DNA from: Candidatus Bathyarchaeota archaeon
GTDB taxonomy: Archaea; Thermoproteota; Bathyarchaeia; 40CM-2-53-6
Length of the DNA: 64,000 bases
NCBI GenBank assembly: GCA_963706285.1
Contig: CAVPLU010000012.1
Coordinates: forward strand, 96,001 to 160,000
Direction: 5' to 3'
Shown in pieces: positions 50,136 to 61,213 of the stretch. Positions within the stretch are counted from its first letter, which is position 1, and each line of letters starts with the position of its first letter. The notes under the pieces were generated by a model. It had not been told where the DNA came from. It saw nothing but the letters and a program-made list of their open reading frames with translations, and searched no databases. Made by a program: the position numbers and the translations under genes.

Positions 50136-52616
50136 CTATCTCCTGAGGATCCCAAGTATGCCGGCGATGATTCCGAGGATTCCCCCTGCCAGGAATCCTC
50201 CACCTATGATGAAACTCAGCACGGCGAACGGGAATGTTATTAGCGCTCCAATTGGGCCGCGCCTCATTAGCATCATGAAACCACCGGTCATTATAGTGAA
50301 TCCAGCGATGAGGCCGATGAGAAAAGCGATCGACTGTCCCAGACCAGATGGACCTCCCAACCACCAGAATATTCCGGACCAGTTGGTCGGCGCACCCCAG
50401 AAGCCAGGCGAGAGTAATGCCGCGGCATTAAGGAGTATCAGCACCGCGGACGCCATTGCTAAAACGAAAGCCCAAATCGCTCTCCTTCCGGTGAACGTTG
50501 GGAGCAATTGCCTTGAGACCACAGCGGGGCCCGCGACCAAGCCCGTGCCGACCATTGCTCGCCTGTATCTGCAGTATGGACAGTACACAGCGTGAATACC
50601 AATCGGTCTCCCGCAGCGTGGACACCGTACGCGTTGTGCATCCGCGGGAACAACATACATCGGCCTAGCGGGGACTATTACTGGCGCCGCGGGAACGCAC
50701 ACGGGTCGAACTGGGGGCGGTCCTCGCCGCCGTGATGACGCGGCAAATGCGAGAAGACCAAGTGCAATCCCCAACGCGGCCATCAGCAGAAGTAGCAGTA
50801 GCGTGATCAGTGGGATACCCCCCGGCGGCGGCACGACTTTCACAATAGTAAGAGTGAATGGCGTTGATCTCGTCGCGGTGCCATTTGAGCCAGTTATGAT
50901 GAGCGGATAGGTGCCGTTGACTGCGTCTGGACCGACGCAGAATCTCATTATTGAGCTAGCGGTGCTTCCCGGCAAAGGCTTGGGCGCAGGAGGGTTGAAA
51001 GTCACTGTCACATGCTCCGGCACACCGGTCACATTGAGCGTTACATTCTGATTGAACGCCGCGATCGAGGTGACTGTAACGATCGCTGTCTTACATTCCG
51101 TCGCATTGATAGTCAGTAGAGTTCGGGGAGACGGATATTCCGAAATCGGTTGGGCGTCCGATCACATTCAAGGTGACAAGAGTCCATTTCGGTGTGAGAG
51201 ATGTGGATGATGGAGGATATCCGGTGACATTGAGGACGTAGCTTCCAATCGGAGTTGCGATTGGCACGTTGACTGTCAAGGTCGAGGTGGCGATCCCGCC
51301 TTCCGGCGGCTGTGGCGCTGACGGGCTAAATGTGGCCGTTGCCCCAGCAGGAAGGCCCGTGACTCCGAGAGTTGTGGAAGAATTGTAGATACCGAATGCT
51401 CTGACGGTGATTGTGTAGCTTGCCGAACTGCCCTGAACAACTGTGACAGATGCTGGAGCAGCTTCCACTGAGAAAGTCGCTGGGCGGAGGACCGTGGACA
51501 AACTTGTTGCCGTAGATCTGGTGTACAGCATAGTAACCGTTGTCGCCAACAGTCGCCCGGTCCTGTTGTTGTGGATGGAAAGCGAGACCCTCCACAATCC
51601 CAGCCCCATATTGGAAGTAGAACGCTAGAATTGCGTATTCATTGCTGAAGACTGCCGAAGTTGTTCGAGTCGGCGAGGATCCGTACATCATTCACTCTGC
51701 CCGCTGGCACCGACGAAACAACATAACCCTGGGATTCGGTAAAGACGTTAATCTCATTGGGTCGCGGGAGAGGATTGTAGTATTGACTCGGAAACTCCGG
51801 TATGAGTCTGTCGGCCGAGGCACCGTACTTCGCGGGGTCGTACTTTCTAGGCGGATTATATGCGTAGGCAGATGCGACTCTGTCAGTCGGCTGGAGCCCT
51901 GAAATCGTTACGTATCCCGGAAATGTCGAGTCAAGGTCCAGCAATGCACGATCAGTGAAGATCACTTCGTTGCCAGTGGTGACCTGGCTTCTGAGATTGC
52001 TGGCAATCTGACCTGGAATGAAACCATTCCAACCATTACAGTCCACAACAATCAGCGAGTAGCTGAATATGATGTTTGGATTTGCCTCAAGCTCACCGTG
52101 ACTGATAGCGTCATAGGGTATTTGCATCTCATCGAGGGTGACATCAGTTCGTTCCCCAAGGAGGGTTCGCCCCTTACGAGCGAGGATCTTCGTTGGCTGT
52201 CCTGACTCTGAATATGTTGTTCAACACTTGCTGTGATGTGAGCACCCCGACTGTTACAGTCTCAAAGCCCGGTGTGCTTCTTCACCTGGGCTACCTTTGC
52301 CGCGTCAGTCGGAAGGACTAGGAATGGCCCGCCAAGGAAGACTGCTGGCGATGCGGTCATGTTAGTGGATAGAGTGACGTTTGGCGGCTCTATCACTCTG
52401 AACAGCGGAATTCGGTTCGGATCACGCAAGAAGGGCGTGCACGAATCCGAAGACCAAGATCCTTTCTGCTTGTTTATCATCCATCGGAATTACGAGCGTG
52501 CCGGCCGGAAAAGATAGGCCATTCTCCAAAGGTGGAAGGGCAAACGCTACTGGCATAAGTGTGGAGGCTATAGCAAGCGCTATCACAAGAACTGCCACTA
52601 CAATCCTACGTCGCAT
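50136..52616 (-). CDS. Large surface protein: signal peptide, Ig-like repeats, TM, zinc ribbon and C-terminal TM bundle (multiple frameshifts)
   Basis: MRRRIVVAVLV..AFA; repeats of DF.IS.SP.S..V.QG..A.Y.ITV...GLP.G.TATF.P; CPRCG..YCPYC; C-terminal FIIGGGFLAG. Confidence 0.75.
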
Positions 52617-52958
52617 CTGGATACAAGCTCCAAACGTTTTGCTACTGGTAACCTGAAGTTCTGTCGTGTCTAGACTGGTTCTGGAAGTCATTTAAGACTT
52701 GACGAGTTCCGCCTACTTACCTAAGACCTGTTTTCGCCTGCGAACAAGTCATATTTCATGCTCGCTTGACTTGAATGTGCTGATCTTGAACCGTTTGGGG
52801 GCTTGCCATAGTCAGAAAAGCATGATCATTTGCGTCAATTCCCTACGCCACAGAGGCCCATTGGCATGAGAGCCTCTCAGGGTTGCCTCATTAATGAGCC
52901 GATCAGCTCCCGGAAGCCGTTCAGGCGAGAGATGGACTCCATTGTCCGCGTTCTTGGC

Positions 52959-53519
52959 TTAGGCCTTGAACCAGCGGAAGACCAGATAGTCCATCTTGGC
53001 TTTCTTCTTCTTCGGAACTGCGATGGTGAATTGTTTTCTCACAGTGGTCGCAAGTCTACCGGCTAGCACAATCTCGAACGGACCCATCTTGTCGTTCTCG
53101 GTTCTTCCGGTCACTATGAAGGGCGCATGGTCAATGCCGGGGCCATGCTCATAGACGGCAAAATCCGATCCGAATCGAATTCCTGGAGTAACGATGAATC
53201 CTTGATTGCGGAGGTCCTTGTAGACTGAATAGCCAAGTTCGAAGTTCTTGTATGTAACCGCAGCTAGCTTCATCAACCGAGCACGAGTTATCGGTTTTCT
53301 AGTTTTCGTGTCAATGACATTGATTCTCCTTTTCTCTTGAAGGTAGAGCGCCTCCATCATGTCCAAGACTAGGGGAGCAGAGAATTCCTGGTCCGGTTTG
53401 GGTTTTGGGATGCCAACCGGTTTTCCAAAGAATCCTTGTCGGTAGATGGCCACGCCGTCTCTGGGTTCCCATACAATGAGTCTTGTCCCTACGAGTTCAG
53501 CAACTGTCTTGCCAGGCAA
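52959..53519 (-). CDS. endA: tRNA-splicing endonuclease catalytic subunit with crenarchaeal-specific loop
   Basis: GFFGKPVGIPKPK (CSL), EALYL, VYKDLR..G, G.RFGSDFAVY, HAPF, RLATTVRK (Y/H/K triad); single unit, 186 aa. Confidence 0.94.
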   Translation of the reverse strand: MPGKTVAELVGTRLIVWEPRDGVAIYRQGFFGKPVGIPKPKPDQEFSAPLVLDMMEALYLQEKRRINVIDTKTRKPITRARLMKLAAVTYKNFELGYSVYKDLRNQGFIVTPGIRFGSDFAVYEHGPGIDHAPFIVTGRTENDKMGPFEIVLAGRLATTVRKQFTIAVPKKKKAKMDYLVFRWFKA

Positions 53520-53530
53520 ATGGGAACCCT

Positions 53531-54190
53531 CTAGCCGGTCAACGCGATTACTCTGATGAGGTCAACAACATCTACGCCGAGGTCGGCAATTTCCTCGGCT
53601 CGTTCTACGATGTCGCGCAAAAGGAAGATTTCGTGTAGGGGAAGCTTGCCCGATAGTATTTCAAAGTCGAGATTTCTAGAATTGATATCGATCTTTCTCT
53701 CAAGCTCCTCCACCGATTTGGACGATTCAACTGCCTTGTCGGGATCGAACGCTAGGGAATGAAGAGTCTCCTTCATCCTTGTCACTTCGCTAAGAACGAG
53801 CGACAGTATCTTGGACAGGCTCTCCATGTATTTCTTCTCCAACTTCCAGTTCCTGTCCGTTGCTCCCATTAACCGGAATCCCAAAGCCTCCGCGTAGTCT
53901 GCGATTGTGGTCATGCAAAACATCAGACGCAGGAAGTCTTCCCGACTGGTCAGAAGCGAACCTGCGGAAGCAACTTCCTCCAGCAAAGTGGTTCGAAGCT
54001 TGTCATTGTCGGCGATGAGCTTCAGCATTCCTTCATAGTGCGTCTTCGTAGCCCTAGGTTTCCTTTCAGCGACACTGTCAACCATGAGGGCAAGTTCTCG
54101 TACAATATCAACAATCGTTCGCGCTTGGCTCTGGCAGACGTCAAGTATCCTGCGTTTGATTGTGGGTTGGTTCTCGATGGGAAATGTCAT
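53531..54190 (-). CDS. DUF47/PhoU-like protein
   Basis: REDFLRL...IADYAE; ELERKID...E.IAD helical repeats. Confidence 0.8.
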   Translation of the reverse strand: MTFPIENQPTIKRRILDVCQSQARTIVDIVRELALMVDSVAERKPRATKTHYEGMLKLIADNDKLRTTLLEEVASAGSLLTSREDFLRLMFCMTTIADYAEALGFRLMGATDRNWKLEKKYMESLSKILSLVLSEVTRMKETLHSLAFDPDKAVESSKSVEELERKIDINSRNLDFEILSGKLPLHEIFLLRDIVERAEEIADLGVDVVDLIRVIALTG

Positions 54191-54322
54191 TGACGTTCAT
54201 CCTTTAGCTTGCTCAGATGGTCGCTATTCATTGTCTCCGACGCCAAATTAAAGGTCTCTCCTAGATCAAGCGACGGTCCGCTCAGCGCTCAATGTGCTTG
54301 CTGAGTGGTATCGGCTATGGGC

Positions 54323-56086
54323 TTAGGAGTCAGTACCGTCTGGTAAGGGGGTTCCGAGCGTCAAGAACGGGCAGGATCTTTCTAGGTAGGCTCTCAGTTT
54401 GTCGACGAGCGTATCAATGGGAGTTCTTACTTGTTTCCATGTCACGCGATCCCGGAGCGTGACCGTCTCATCGCTCAGGGTTTGGTAGTCGATCGTCACG
54501 CCGATTGGAACGCCGATCTCATCGGCTCTAGCGTATCGTCTTCCGATCGTCCCACTCTCATCGTAGTCAACTTCGACCTTGGCGCGGCGGAGCATCTCGC
54601 ACACTGACCGAGCTTTCACATCTAGACCATCTTTTGCCATCAGCGGGAATACAGAAGCTTGGATTGGTGCAATGTCGATTGGAATGTTGAGGACAACCCG
54701 GTCCTTCACTTGCGTGTACGCATATTCAAGAGCCGCATATAGGAGTCTTTCAGCACCGAAGCTTGGTTCTACTACTTTCGGCACGAATCTTCTGCCTGAC
54801 TCCTTGGTTTCTATCCAGTCGAATCTTACATGTTCTGGAAGTATCTTGAACCCGTCTGCCGCGTAGAACCCCTTCTCTTTGATCGATTGTTCGACATCCC
54901 CACTCTTGGCGCTCTCAATCAACTTCCTAACAGTCGCAGCTTGCCCTCTGAACGCGGGTCCTATAGCCGAATCAATTGGACGTGCAACTCTCTCTTTGCG
55001 GATCACTGGTTCGTCGTACTTCTTGAATACCGTGAGATCGGAGCCTGATCCTTTGATGTGACTTGACAGGTCGTGGTCTGACCGGTTGGCGTGACCTGCC
55101 ACTTCAACCCATCCCCACCGATCCAACAGAACCTCATGATCGTACGTCTGAGAGGAATAGTGTGCACGTTCGGTTGGCGACTTTTCCTGAAAACGCTGAT
55201 TTGCGGCAGGTATCCCCAAGTCTGACATGAATTGCTGTGACAAACCCATGAAATATGCAGACCATTCAGATAGAATGAATTTCTTTTCGAGGGCTTGCCT
55301 GATCGTCGCTGTGGTTGGTTCCTCAATTCCTTTGTCTCGAAGCTGGAGCGGGAGAATCTGAACCTCCTTGTTCGCTACTTCATCGAGATATGGACATGAT
55401 TGCTCTTCAGGATCGTAGAATAGCTCGAACTCCATGATTGTGAATTCTCTAAGCCTTATTGGGCCCTGACGCGGGGAGATCTCGTTCCTTAATGCGGTTC
55501 CGATCTGGGCAATAGCAATGGGCATCCTCTCTCTGAGCGACTCGTATACCCGTTTGAAATCCACGAACATGCCCTGAGCAGCTTCGGGCCGGCCATAGGC
55601 TACTGAATCGCTGTAAGGTCCAATTGTGGTTCGGAACATGGTGGAGAAGTGTTCTGGTTTGGAGAGTTGACCGCCACATTCGACGCATCTGATCTGCTTT
55701 TCCTTGATTGCTTGCTCTATTTCCGAAAGCGAGAAGGCTTCTGCCTGAATGTTGGCGGCCTCTTTCAGTAGGCTATCGGCTTTGAATCTGCGCTTACAGT
55801 TCAGGCATGCAACCATCGAATCCTTGAATTGGGCCACATGCCCCGAGGCTTCAAGGATACGCTCAGGAGTTATGATGGGTGTGGATATCTCGACGAAACC
55901 GTGCTTCCGAATAAACGTGTCGAGCCATTTCTCAATGATCCGTCTCTTCATGATCGTTCCAAGCGGTCCGAGGTCGAGAAACCCGCTGACTCCACCATAG
56001 ATTTCAAACGATGGCCAGAAAAGACCTCGTCTCCTTGCCAGATCTGCGACCATTTCATACTTGTCCAGTTTCGCCATGTCGTCCAT
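54323..56086 (-). CDS. glyS: Glycine--tRNA ligase (alpha2 type)
   Basis: SFEIYGGVSG, ASGHV..F, RPEAAQG, RNEISPRQG..RLREF, VVEPSFG, IGRRYARADEIG. Confidence 0.97.
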   Translation of the reverse strand: MDDMAKLDKYEMVADLARRRGLFWPSFEIYGGVSGFLDLGPLGTIMKRRIIEKWLDTFIRKHGFVEISTPIITPERILEASGHVAQFKDSMVACLNCKRRFKADSLLKEAANIQAEAFSLSEIEQAIKEKQIRCVECGGQLSKPEHFSTMFRTTIGPYSDSVAYGRPEAAQGMFVDFKRVYESLRERMPIAIAQIGTALRNEISPRQGPIRLREFTIMEFELFYDPEEQSCPYLDEVANKEVQILPLQLRDKGIEEPTTATIRQALEKKFILSEWSAYFMGLSQQFMSDLGIPAANQRFQEKSPTERAHYSSQTYDHEVLLDRWGWVEVAGHANRSDHDLSSHIKGSGSDLTVFKKYDEPVIRKERVARPIDSAIGPAFRGQAATVRKLIESAKSGDVEQSIKEKGFYAADGFKILPEHVRFDWIETKESGRRFVPKVVEPSFGAERLLYAALEYAYTQVKDRVVLNIPIDIAPIQASVFPLMAKDGLDVKARSVCEMLRRAKVEVDYDESGTIGRRYARADEIGVPIGVTIDYQTLSDETVTLRDRVTWKQVRTPIDTLVDKLRAYLERSCPFLTLGTPLPDGTDS

Positions 56087-56193
56087 GTCACTGCCTTGAG
56101 TTGTTCGCGGCATCTTTGATTTGTGACGAGACTTAAGCGTAGTGCAGCAAGTACAGTGCTCGTGGCACCCACATAACCGTCGTTGAGTATTCT

Positions 56194-56630
56194 CTACTGC
56201 GCTCGCAGTTCCGTACGGGCAAGTTCAACAAGACAGCGAAAGAACTTCTCGCCTCTCTTCGGTCCAGTGCCTATTCCTGAACAATCCAAGTCCACTCCGA
56301 TTTCAAGCGAGTCGGTTCCTGAGGGACGAATGCAGAATGGGTAGAATCGACAGATGAGAGGCCTTGCTCTATAGATGGAGCATGTTGAGCCTCGAAGGAA
56401 GATGCATCTTCCCTCTCGTTTCCTAATCTTCCTGGTGTATGGCGCCGGCGCTCGCGTTGATACGCTGAACTCCCTAGCCGTCAGCTTTGTCGCGTCGGTG
56501 ATCCGCTTGACGTCAAATGGGGCAAGCAGCACGTTTCTTTTTCGCCCTGGAAGATCACTGCACGAGTTTGTGCATCGAACGCAGACCCACCGAACGCACG
56601 CAGGATATCTAACCTTTCCCTCTTTCGAGT
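56194..56630 (-). CDS. YkgJ family cysteine-cluster protein (start uncertain)
   Basis: In-frame upstream extension WVCVRCTNSC; CIFL...CSIYRARPLICRFYPF; CSGIG. Confidence 0.85.
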
Positions 56631-56791
56631 TGAAATTGGCCGAGGATCGTTGCTGAGGATCTGGAACTACGAGAGTTGCTTCGAATCAGATGATCCAAGC
56701 TCGAGCCTTCGACCGGCATGTTAGTGCGTTTTGTGGGGAGATATGATCAGAAGAGGAGTCATGTTCGGTGGCGAGGTGGGTCTGGCAGGAT

Positions 56792-56968
56792 CTATCTTGC
56801 CTTGACTCGCTTCACGACGGGCGGTCTCACTTTCTTCAGGACTCGGTAGCCGCAGAATGGGCATTTTGTTTCCGGAGTCATAGCCAACTGATCTAGAGTG
56901 AGCTTCTCACCGCAGCTGATGCACTGATACAGTATTCCTGTGGGAGATTGTTCTTTCTCTTCGCCCAT
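56792..56968 (-). CDS. rpoP: RNA polymerase subunit Rpo12 (P)
   Basis: YQCISCG...CPFCGYRVLKKVRPPVVKRVKAR. Confidence 0.93.
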   Translation of the reverse strand: MGEEKEQSPTGILYQCISCGEKLTLDQLAMTPETKCPFCGYRVLKKVRPPVVKRVKAR

Positions 56969-57135
56969 CGCGATCACTGGAAGACACCGCACGCAGGTTA
57001 GATTAAAGTGTTGATCAGCAGGTCTCGACGTACTCGATCACGTGATTCGATTGGGAAGTCCTGCTAAAGCTCGATCTTTCTTGACCGTTGCTCATGCAAA
57101 TCTACTGGCGTATCTCTCTCGGTTTCAAGCGATGC

Positions 57136-59280
57136 TCATTCGCGTTTGCTGTGCCAAACGACGACTGCCACTATTGCGAGCAGTGCCACTGACAGGGCCC
57201 CAGTTATCAAAGGCTCTTCCCTGGATTGCAGAATCATCGGCGCGAATAGCAGTGAGATTAGGTTGATCACTTTGATCATGGGGTTCAAGGCTGGTCCCGA
57301 AGTATCCTTCAATGGGTCACCGACAGTGTCACATGTCACGGCGGCTTTGTGCTCCTCGGAACCTTTGCCGCCGTAGAATCCATCTTCAATCTTCTTCTTT
57401 GCGTTGTCCCAAGCTCCTCCAGAAGTTGCCATGAAGACTGCGAGCAATTGCCCCGTGACTATGATCCCGGCGAGGAATCCTCCGAGGGCCGCTTCTTTCA
57501 GCAGGAAGCCGAGCGCGATTGGCGTCAGGATAGCTAGCAGAGAAAGGCTGAAGAGCTCTCGTTGGGCCGCCGATGTGCATATGCTAACCACTCTTGCATA
57601 GTCCGGAGGTTTAGTTCCCTCAAATACTCCAGGAATCTTGAACTGGGCACGGACTTCTTGCACTATGAGGGAGGCTGCGCGTCCGACCGCTCGAATTGAG
57701 ATCGAACTGAACAGGAACGGGAGAGCCCCTCCGATTAGCACACCTACAAGCACTATTGGATCTGCAATATTCACGCCGACTTTCTGCAGGCCAGTAGTTT
57801 CTGTGTAGGCACCGAAGAGTGAAACCGCTGCAAGGACGGCTGAGGCTATTGCGATCGACTTTGTAACTGCCTTGGTTGTGTTGCCGGCGGCGTCCAGATC
57901 AGCCATAATCTGTCGCGCTTCAGGCTCCAACTGCGCCATCTCTCCGATCCCATTAGCATTGTCGACGATGGGACCGTACGTGTCCATTGAGACATTGTTT
58001 CCCGTCAGCGTCAGCATGCCGATTCCTGCAAGTGCGACTCCATATATCGCAAAGATTGTGGAAGAACCTGTGAAGAAGAGAACTGACGCTACGATCGTTA
58101 TCGCAATCACCAAGAGCCCCCAGACAGTTGCCTCAAATCCGATGGCTAGGCCTTCGAGGATCTCGGTCGCGGCTCCAGTCTGAGAGGACTTCGCCAGTCG
58201 ATCGATCGCACGTTTTCTCGGATTCGTGAAGTGATCGGTAATCTTGTTGAAACATATCGCCAGCAGCACCCCTACTGTCGTTGCAAGAAAGACCCGGTAG
58301 TCGTGAACGTAGAGCTCTGCTAAGACGAAGAAGCTGGCAATTGAGATCCCAGCGGACAGATCGTATGAAAGGTCCATTGCCTTGAAGGCGTCGCCTTTCG
58401 TCATGCTATCCGGCCAAAGTGAGACCGCATAGGTTCCAATTATCGTGCTAACGACTCCAATGCCACGGACAAGCAGTGGGAATAGTATCCATTTGATGTC
58501 GAATGGCGTAAGGGCAAGGCCTAGGATCATGCATGAGACTATGGTGACTTCATAGGATTCGAATATGTCAGCAGCCATTCCAGCACAGTCCCCAACGTTG
58601 TCGCCCACTAGATCTGCAACAACGGCCGCGTTTCTGGGGTCATCTTCAGGGATATTCTTCTCAACCTTCCCGACAAGGTCTGCTCCGACGTCGGCGGCTT
58701 TGGTGTATATGCCTCCGCCGACTCGCATGAACAACGCAAGCAAGGTGCCTCCGAACCCGAATCCCAGGAGAACTTCGGGGGCAGATTGACGGTATATCAT
58801 GAAGATCATGGTTCCTCCGAGAAGCCCGAGTCCGTCCGTTAGCATGCCCGTTATCGTGCCCGACCGGTAAGCGATTTTGAGGGCATCACGGAAGCTCCGT
58901 CTCGCTGCCGATGCGACTCTAACGTTTCCTCTTACGGCCATGTTCATGCCCAAATATCCAACTGAGGCCGAGAAGACCGATCCCATCAGGAAGGCACCAG
59001 CTCTGCCGATGGAGATATTGAATGGGCCTCCTACAAGGGCTGAAGTCAGATAGAGCACAATCGTCAGAATAGCGATGAAGGGTATAATGGATCTCAGTTG
59101 TGTTCTCAGGTAGGCATTGGCGCCGTTCAGTATCGCCTGCCAGACTTCTTTCATTTTGCCTGAACCGGAATCTTGTCGCAGAATCTGACGCGCGAGAAGC
59201 ATTGCGTAGATCAGAGCCGCTACTGCAATTGCCATGACGCTCCAAAGCGCCATTTCCTCAAATGACCATGCCAAAGCCAT
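57136..59280 (-). CDS. hppA: Membrane-bound H+-translocating pyrophosphatase, K+-independent type
   Basis: GGGIYTKAADVGADLVGKVE..IPEDDPRN, GNTTKAVTK (Lys at the K+-independence position), GGAWDNAKK, DTVGDPLKDTSGP. Confidence 0.95.
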   Translation of the reverse strand: MALAWSFEEMALWSVMAIAVAALIYAMLLARQILRQDSGSGKMKEVWQAILNGANAYLRTQLRSIIPFIAILTIVLYLTSALVGGPFNISIGRAGAFLMGSVFSASVGYLGMNMAVRGNVRVASAARRSFRDALKIAYRSGTITGMLTDGLGLLGGTMIFMIYRQSAPEVLLGFGFGGTLLALFMRVGGGIYTKAADVGADLVGKVEKNIPEDDPRNAAVVADLVGDNVGDCAGMAADIFESYEVTIVSCMILGLALTPFDIKWILFPLLVRGIGVVSTIIGTYAVSLWPDSMTKGDAFKAMDLSYDLSAGISIASFFVLAELYVHDYRVFLATTVGVLLAICFNKITDHFTNPRKRAIDRLAKSSQTGAATEILEGLAIGFEATVWGLLVIAITIVASVLFFTGSSTIFAIYGVALAGIGMLTLTGNNVSMDTYGPIVDNANGIGEMAQLEPEARQIMADLDAAGNTTKAVTKSIAIASAVLAAVSLFGAYTETTGLQKVGVNIADPIVLVGVLIGGALPFLFSSISIRAVGRAASLIVQEVRAQFKIPGVFEGTKPPDYARVVSICTSAAQRELFSLSLLAILTPIALGFLLKEAALGGFLAGIIVTGQLLAVFMATSGGAWDNAKKKIEDGFYGGKGSEEHKAAVTCDTVGDPLKDTSGPALNPMIKVINLISLLFAPMILQSREEPLITGALSVALLAIVAVVVWHSKRE

Positions 59281-59520
59281 GCCCACCCCTTGTTTGTGAA
59301 AGTTCCACGTTCCACTGATTTGGTTCCATAAAAGCTCTTCTTGGTCTGGCACTCTTGCCGATCAGCAAATGCGGTCTGAAGCCCAGAACGCTTCCTGGAG
59401 ATGAGCACCTTGAGTCTTCAGCGCAGTAAGCCCTCGGCCCAATTCGTTCTAGATCATTGAAGGGTCTTATCTAGGCGAGGAATATGATTCGAGAAGATTC
59501 GACATCGATTCGTGATTGGC

Positions 59521-60295
59521 ATGAGATACGACGTGAGAATCCTCGGGCTGAAAGGCTTTCCACTGGTGAAACCCGGTGATGACATCGCGAAGCTAGTGAT
59601 AAGGAGAGCAAGATCCCTTGGCATCTCAATCGCTGATGGCGATATCCTCGTGATCGGTCACAAGATAATATCGAAATCGGAAGGCCGAGTGGTTAGCCTA
59701 GCTGGGAGTCAAACCTTCTATTCGCGCGGCCAAGATCGCTAGAAGATGCCTAAAAGATCCTCGGCTTGTGGAACTCATTCTCAGCGAGTCACGCCGCATC
59801 ATAAAGGTCGAACCCAAGATACTGTTGGTTGAAACGAAGCATGGGATTGTCTGCTTGAACGCTGGCATCGACAAGTCCAACGTGGAGGGCCCCGATACGT
59901 ACTGTCTTCTTCCGAAGAACCCGAAGCTTTCCGCCTCACGTATTGCCAGGCGGATATTGGCGCAGACAGGAAAACGCATTCGGGTTGTCGTCACTGATAC
60001 ATATAGCAGGCCATTCAGGACGGGACAAAGCGAGTTCGCGATCGGCGTCAGCGGACTCGATCCATTCGTAGACTACCGCGGAACCAAGGACTTGTTCGGA
60101 AACATCTTGAGATTCAAACGTGTCTCGATCGCTGACGAGCTCGCTTGCGCTGGAGAACTTGTAATGGGTCAAGGCTCGGAAGGCGTACCGGTGGCAATCA
60201 TCAAGAGCGCTGACAGAACCGGGGGGCGCAAACGTAAGGCTGGTTCTCGACTTACGATGCAGAGAAACCGAGATCTTTTCCGAGGGGCACTTTGA
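59521..60295 (+). CDS. cofE: Coenzyme F420-0:L-glutamate ligase (frameshift near 59700)
   Basis: PLVKPGDD, KIISKSEGR, NAGIDKSN, TDTYSRPFR.G, ADELA...VMGQ..EG.PV. Confidence 0.92.
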
Positions 60296-60401
60296 AGCGT
60301 CAGAACGGTCGTCCTGAGAATAATCGGAAACCATTTAAGATTCCAGCCATCCTCACGCGTCCCTATTCTGAGCCGAGCATCGTAGATCTAAGTGATCGGA
60401 T

Positions 60402-60659
60402 TTGAGTGAAATCCCGGAAGACAAGTACCAGGTCGATGTGGTGGAGGTCCCGAAGGCGATCCCTGCACCCAAGGAAAGCCTCGAGGCGATCAAGGGCGCA
60501 GTGAAAGGGAAGGCCTTAGCCAAGATGAAGAAGGAGGCTGTAGATTGCCCAGTCAAAGGCAAGAGAGTATCATTCGTTGAATGTTTCACTTGCTCCAACT
60601 TCAATAGACGGGTTAGAGGCAAAGTCGGTTGCGCAGGCCTACCTCTGAATGCATCATAG
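60402..60659 (+). CDS. Small Cys-containing hypothetical protein
   Basis: VDCPV...SFVECFTCSNF.RRVRG.V.C (four Cys). Confidence 0.7.
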   Translation: MSEIPEDKYQVDVVEVPKAIPAPKESLEAIKGAVKGKALAKMKKEAVDCPVKGKRVSFVECFTCSNFNRRVRGKVGCAGLPLNAS

Positions 60660-60744
60660 AATGGATGCTTCGCATGCGATTGATTGAAAGAAAAACAACG
60701 GAAGTTGACGCACCGAAACCTTCGGTGACTACCGCGAGAGGCGT

Positions 60745-60978
60745 CTACTTGACGACCTCACCGGTTGCAAATCTTGGACCAACCTGAGTTATGCGCACCT
60801 TAACGTGCTCACCAGGCTTGGTCTCGGGCACGAAGATGACGAAACCTTCCACGCGGGCGACTCCGTCGCCTCTGCGGCTGGTCTCTTTGATGTCAACCTC
60901 GTACTCTTTGCCCTCTTCAACTGGCTTGTTGAAGGATCTGCCACCGGATCCACTTTCCTCGGAACTCAACAGATTCAC
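60745..60978 (-). CDS. Single TRAM-domain RNA chaperone
   Basis: KPVEEGKEYEVDI...RRGDGVARVEGFVIFVP..KPGE.V.VRI..V...FA.GEV. Confidence 0.93.
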   Translation of the reverse strand: MNLLSSEESGSGGRSFNKPVEEGKEYEVDIKETSRRGDGVARVEGFVIFVPETKPGEHVKVRITQVGPRFATGEVVK

Positions 60979-61213
60979 CTCACGTCACAGTCGTTCTACG
61001 CTAGGACAGGGAAAAGGAGCGTCGGCCTACACGCATACACGTTACGGCTAACAGCCAGCCTTCCACCGTAGACCTAACAAGATCGGCCATGGCTCACAGA
61101 TGTCTTATAAGTATTTTCAGATCGATTTGACACGCACGACTGTGACACGTTCGGAGACGCACGGCTAAAAGGACGAGTGCGCCATCTCAAACAATCCATC
61201 GTGCTGAATCCAA

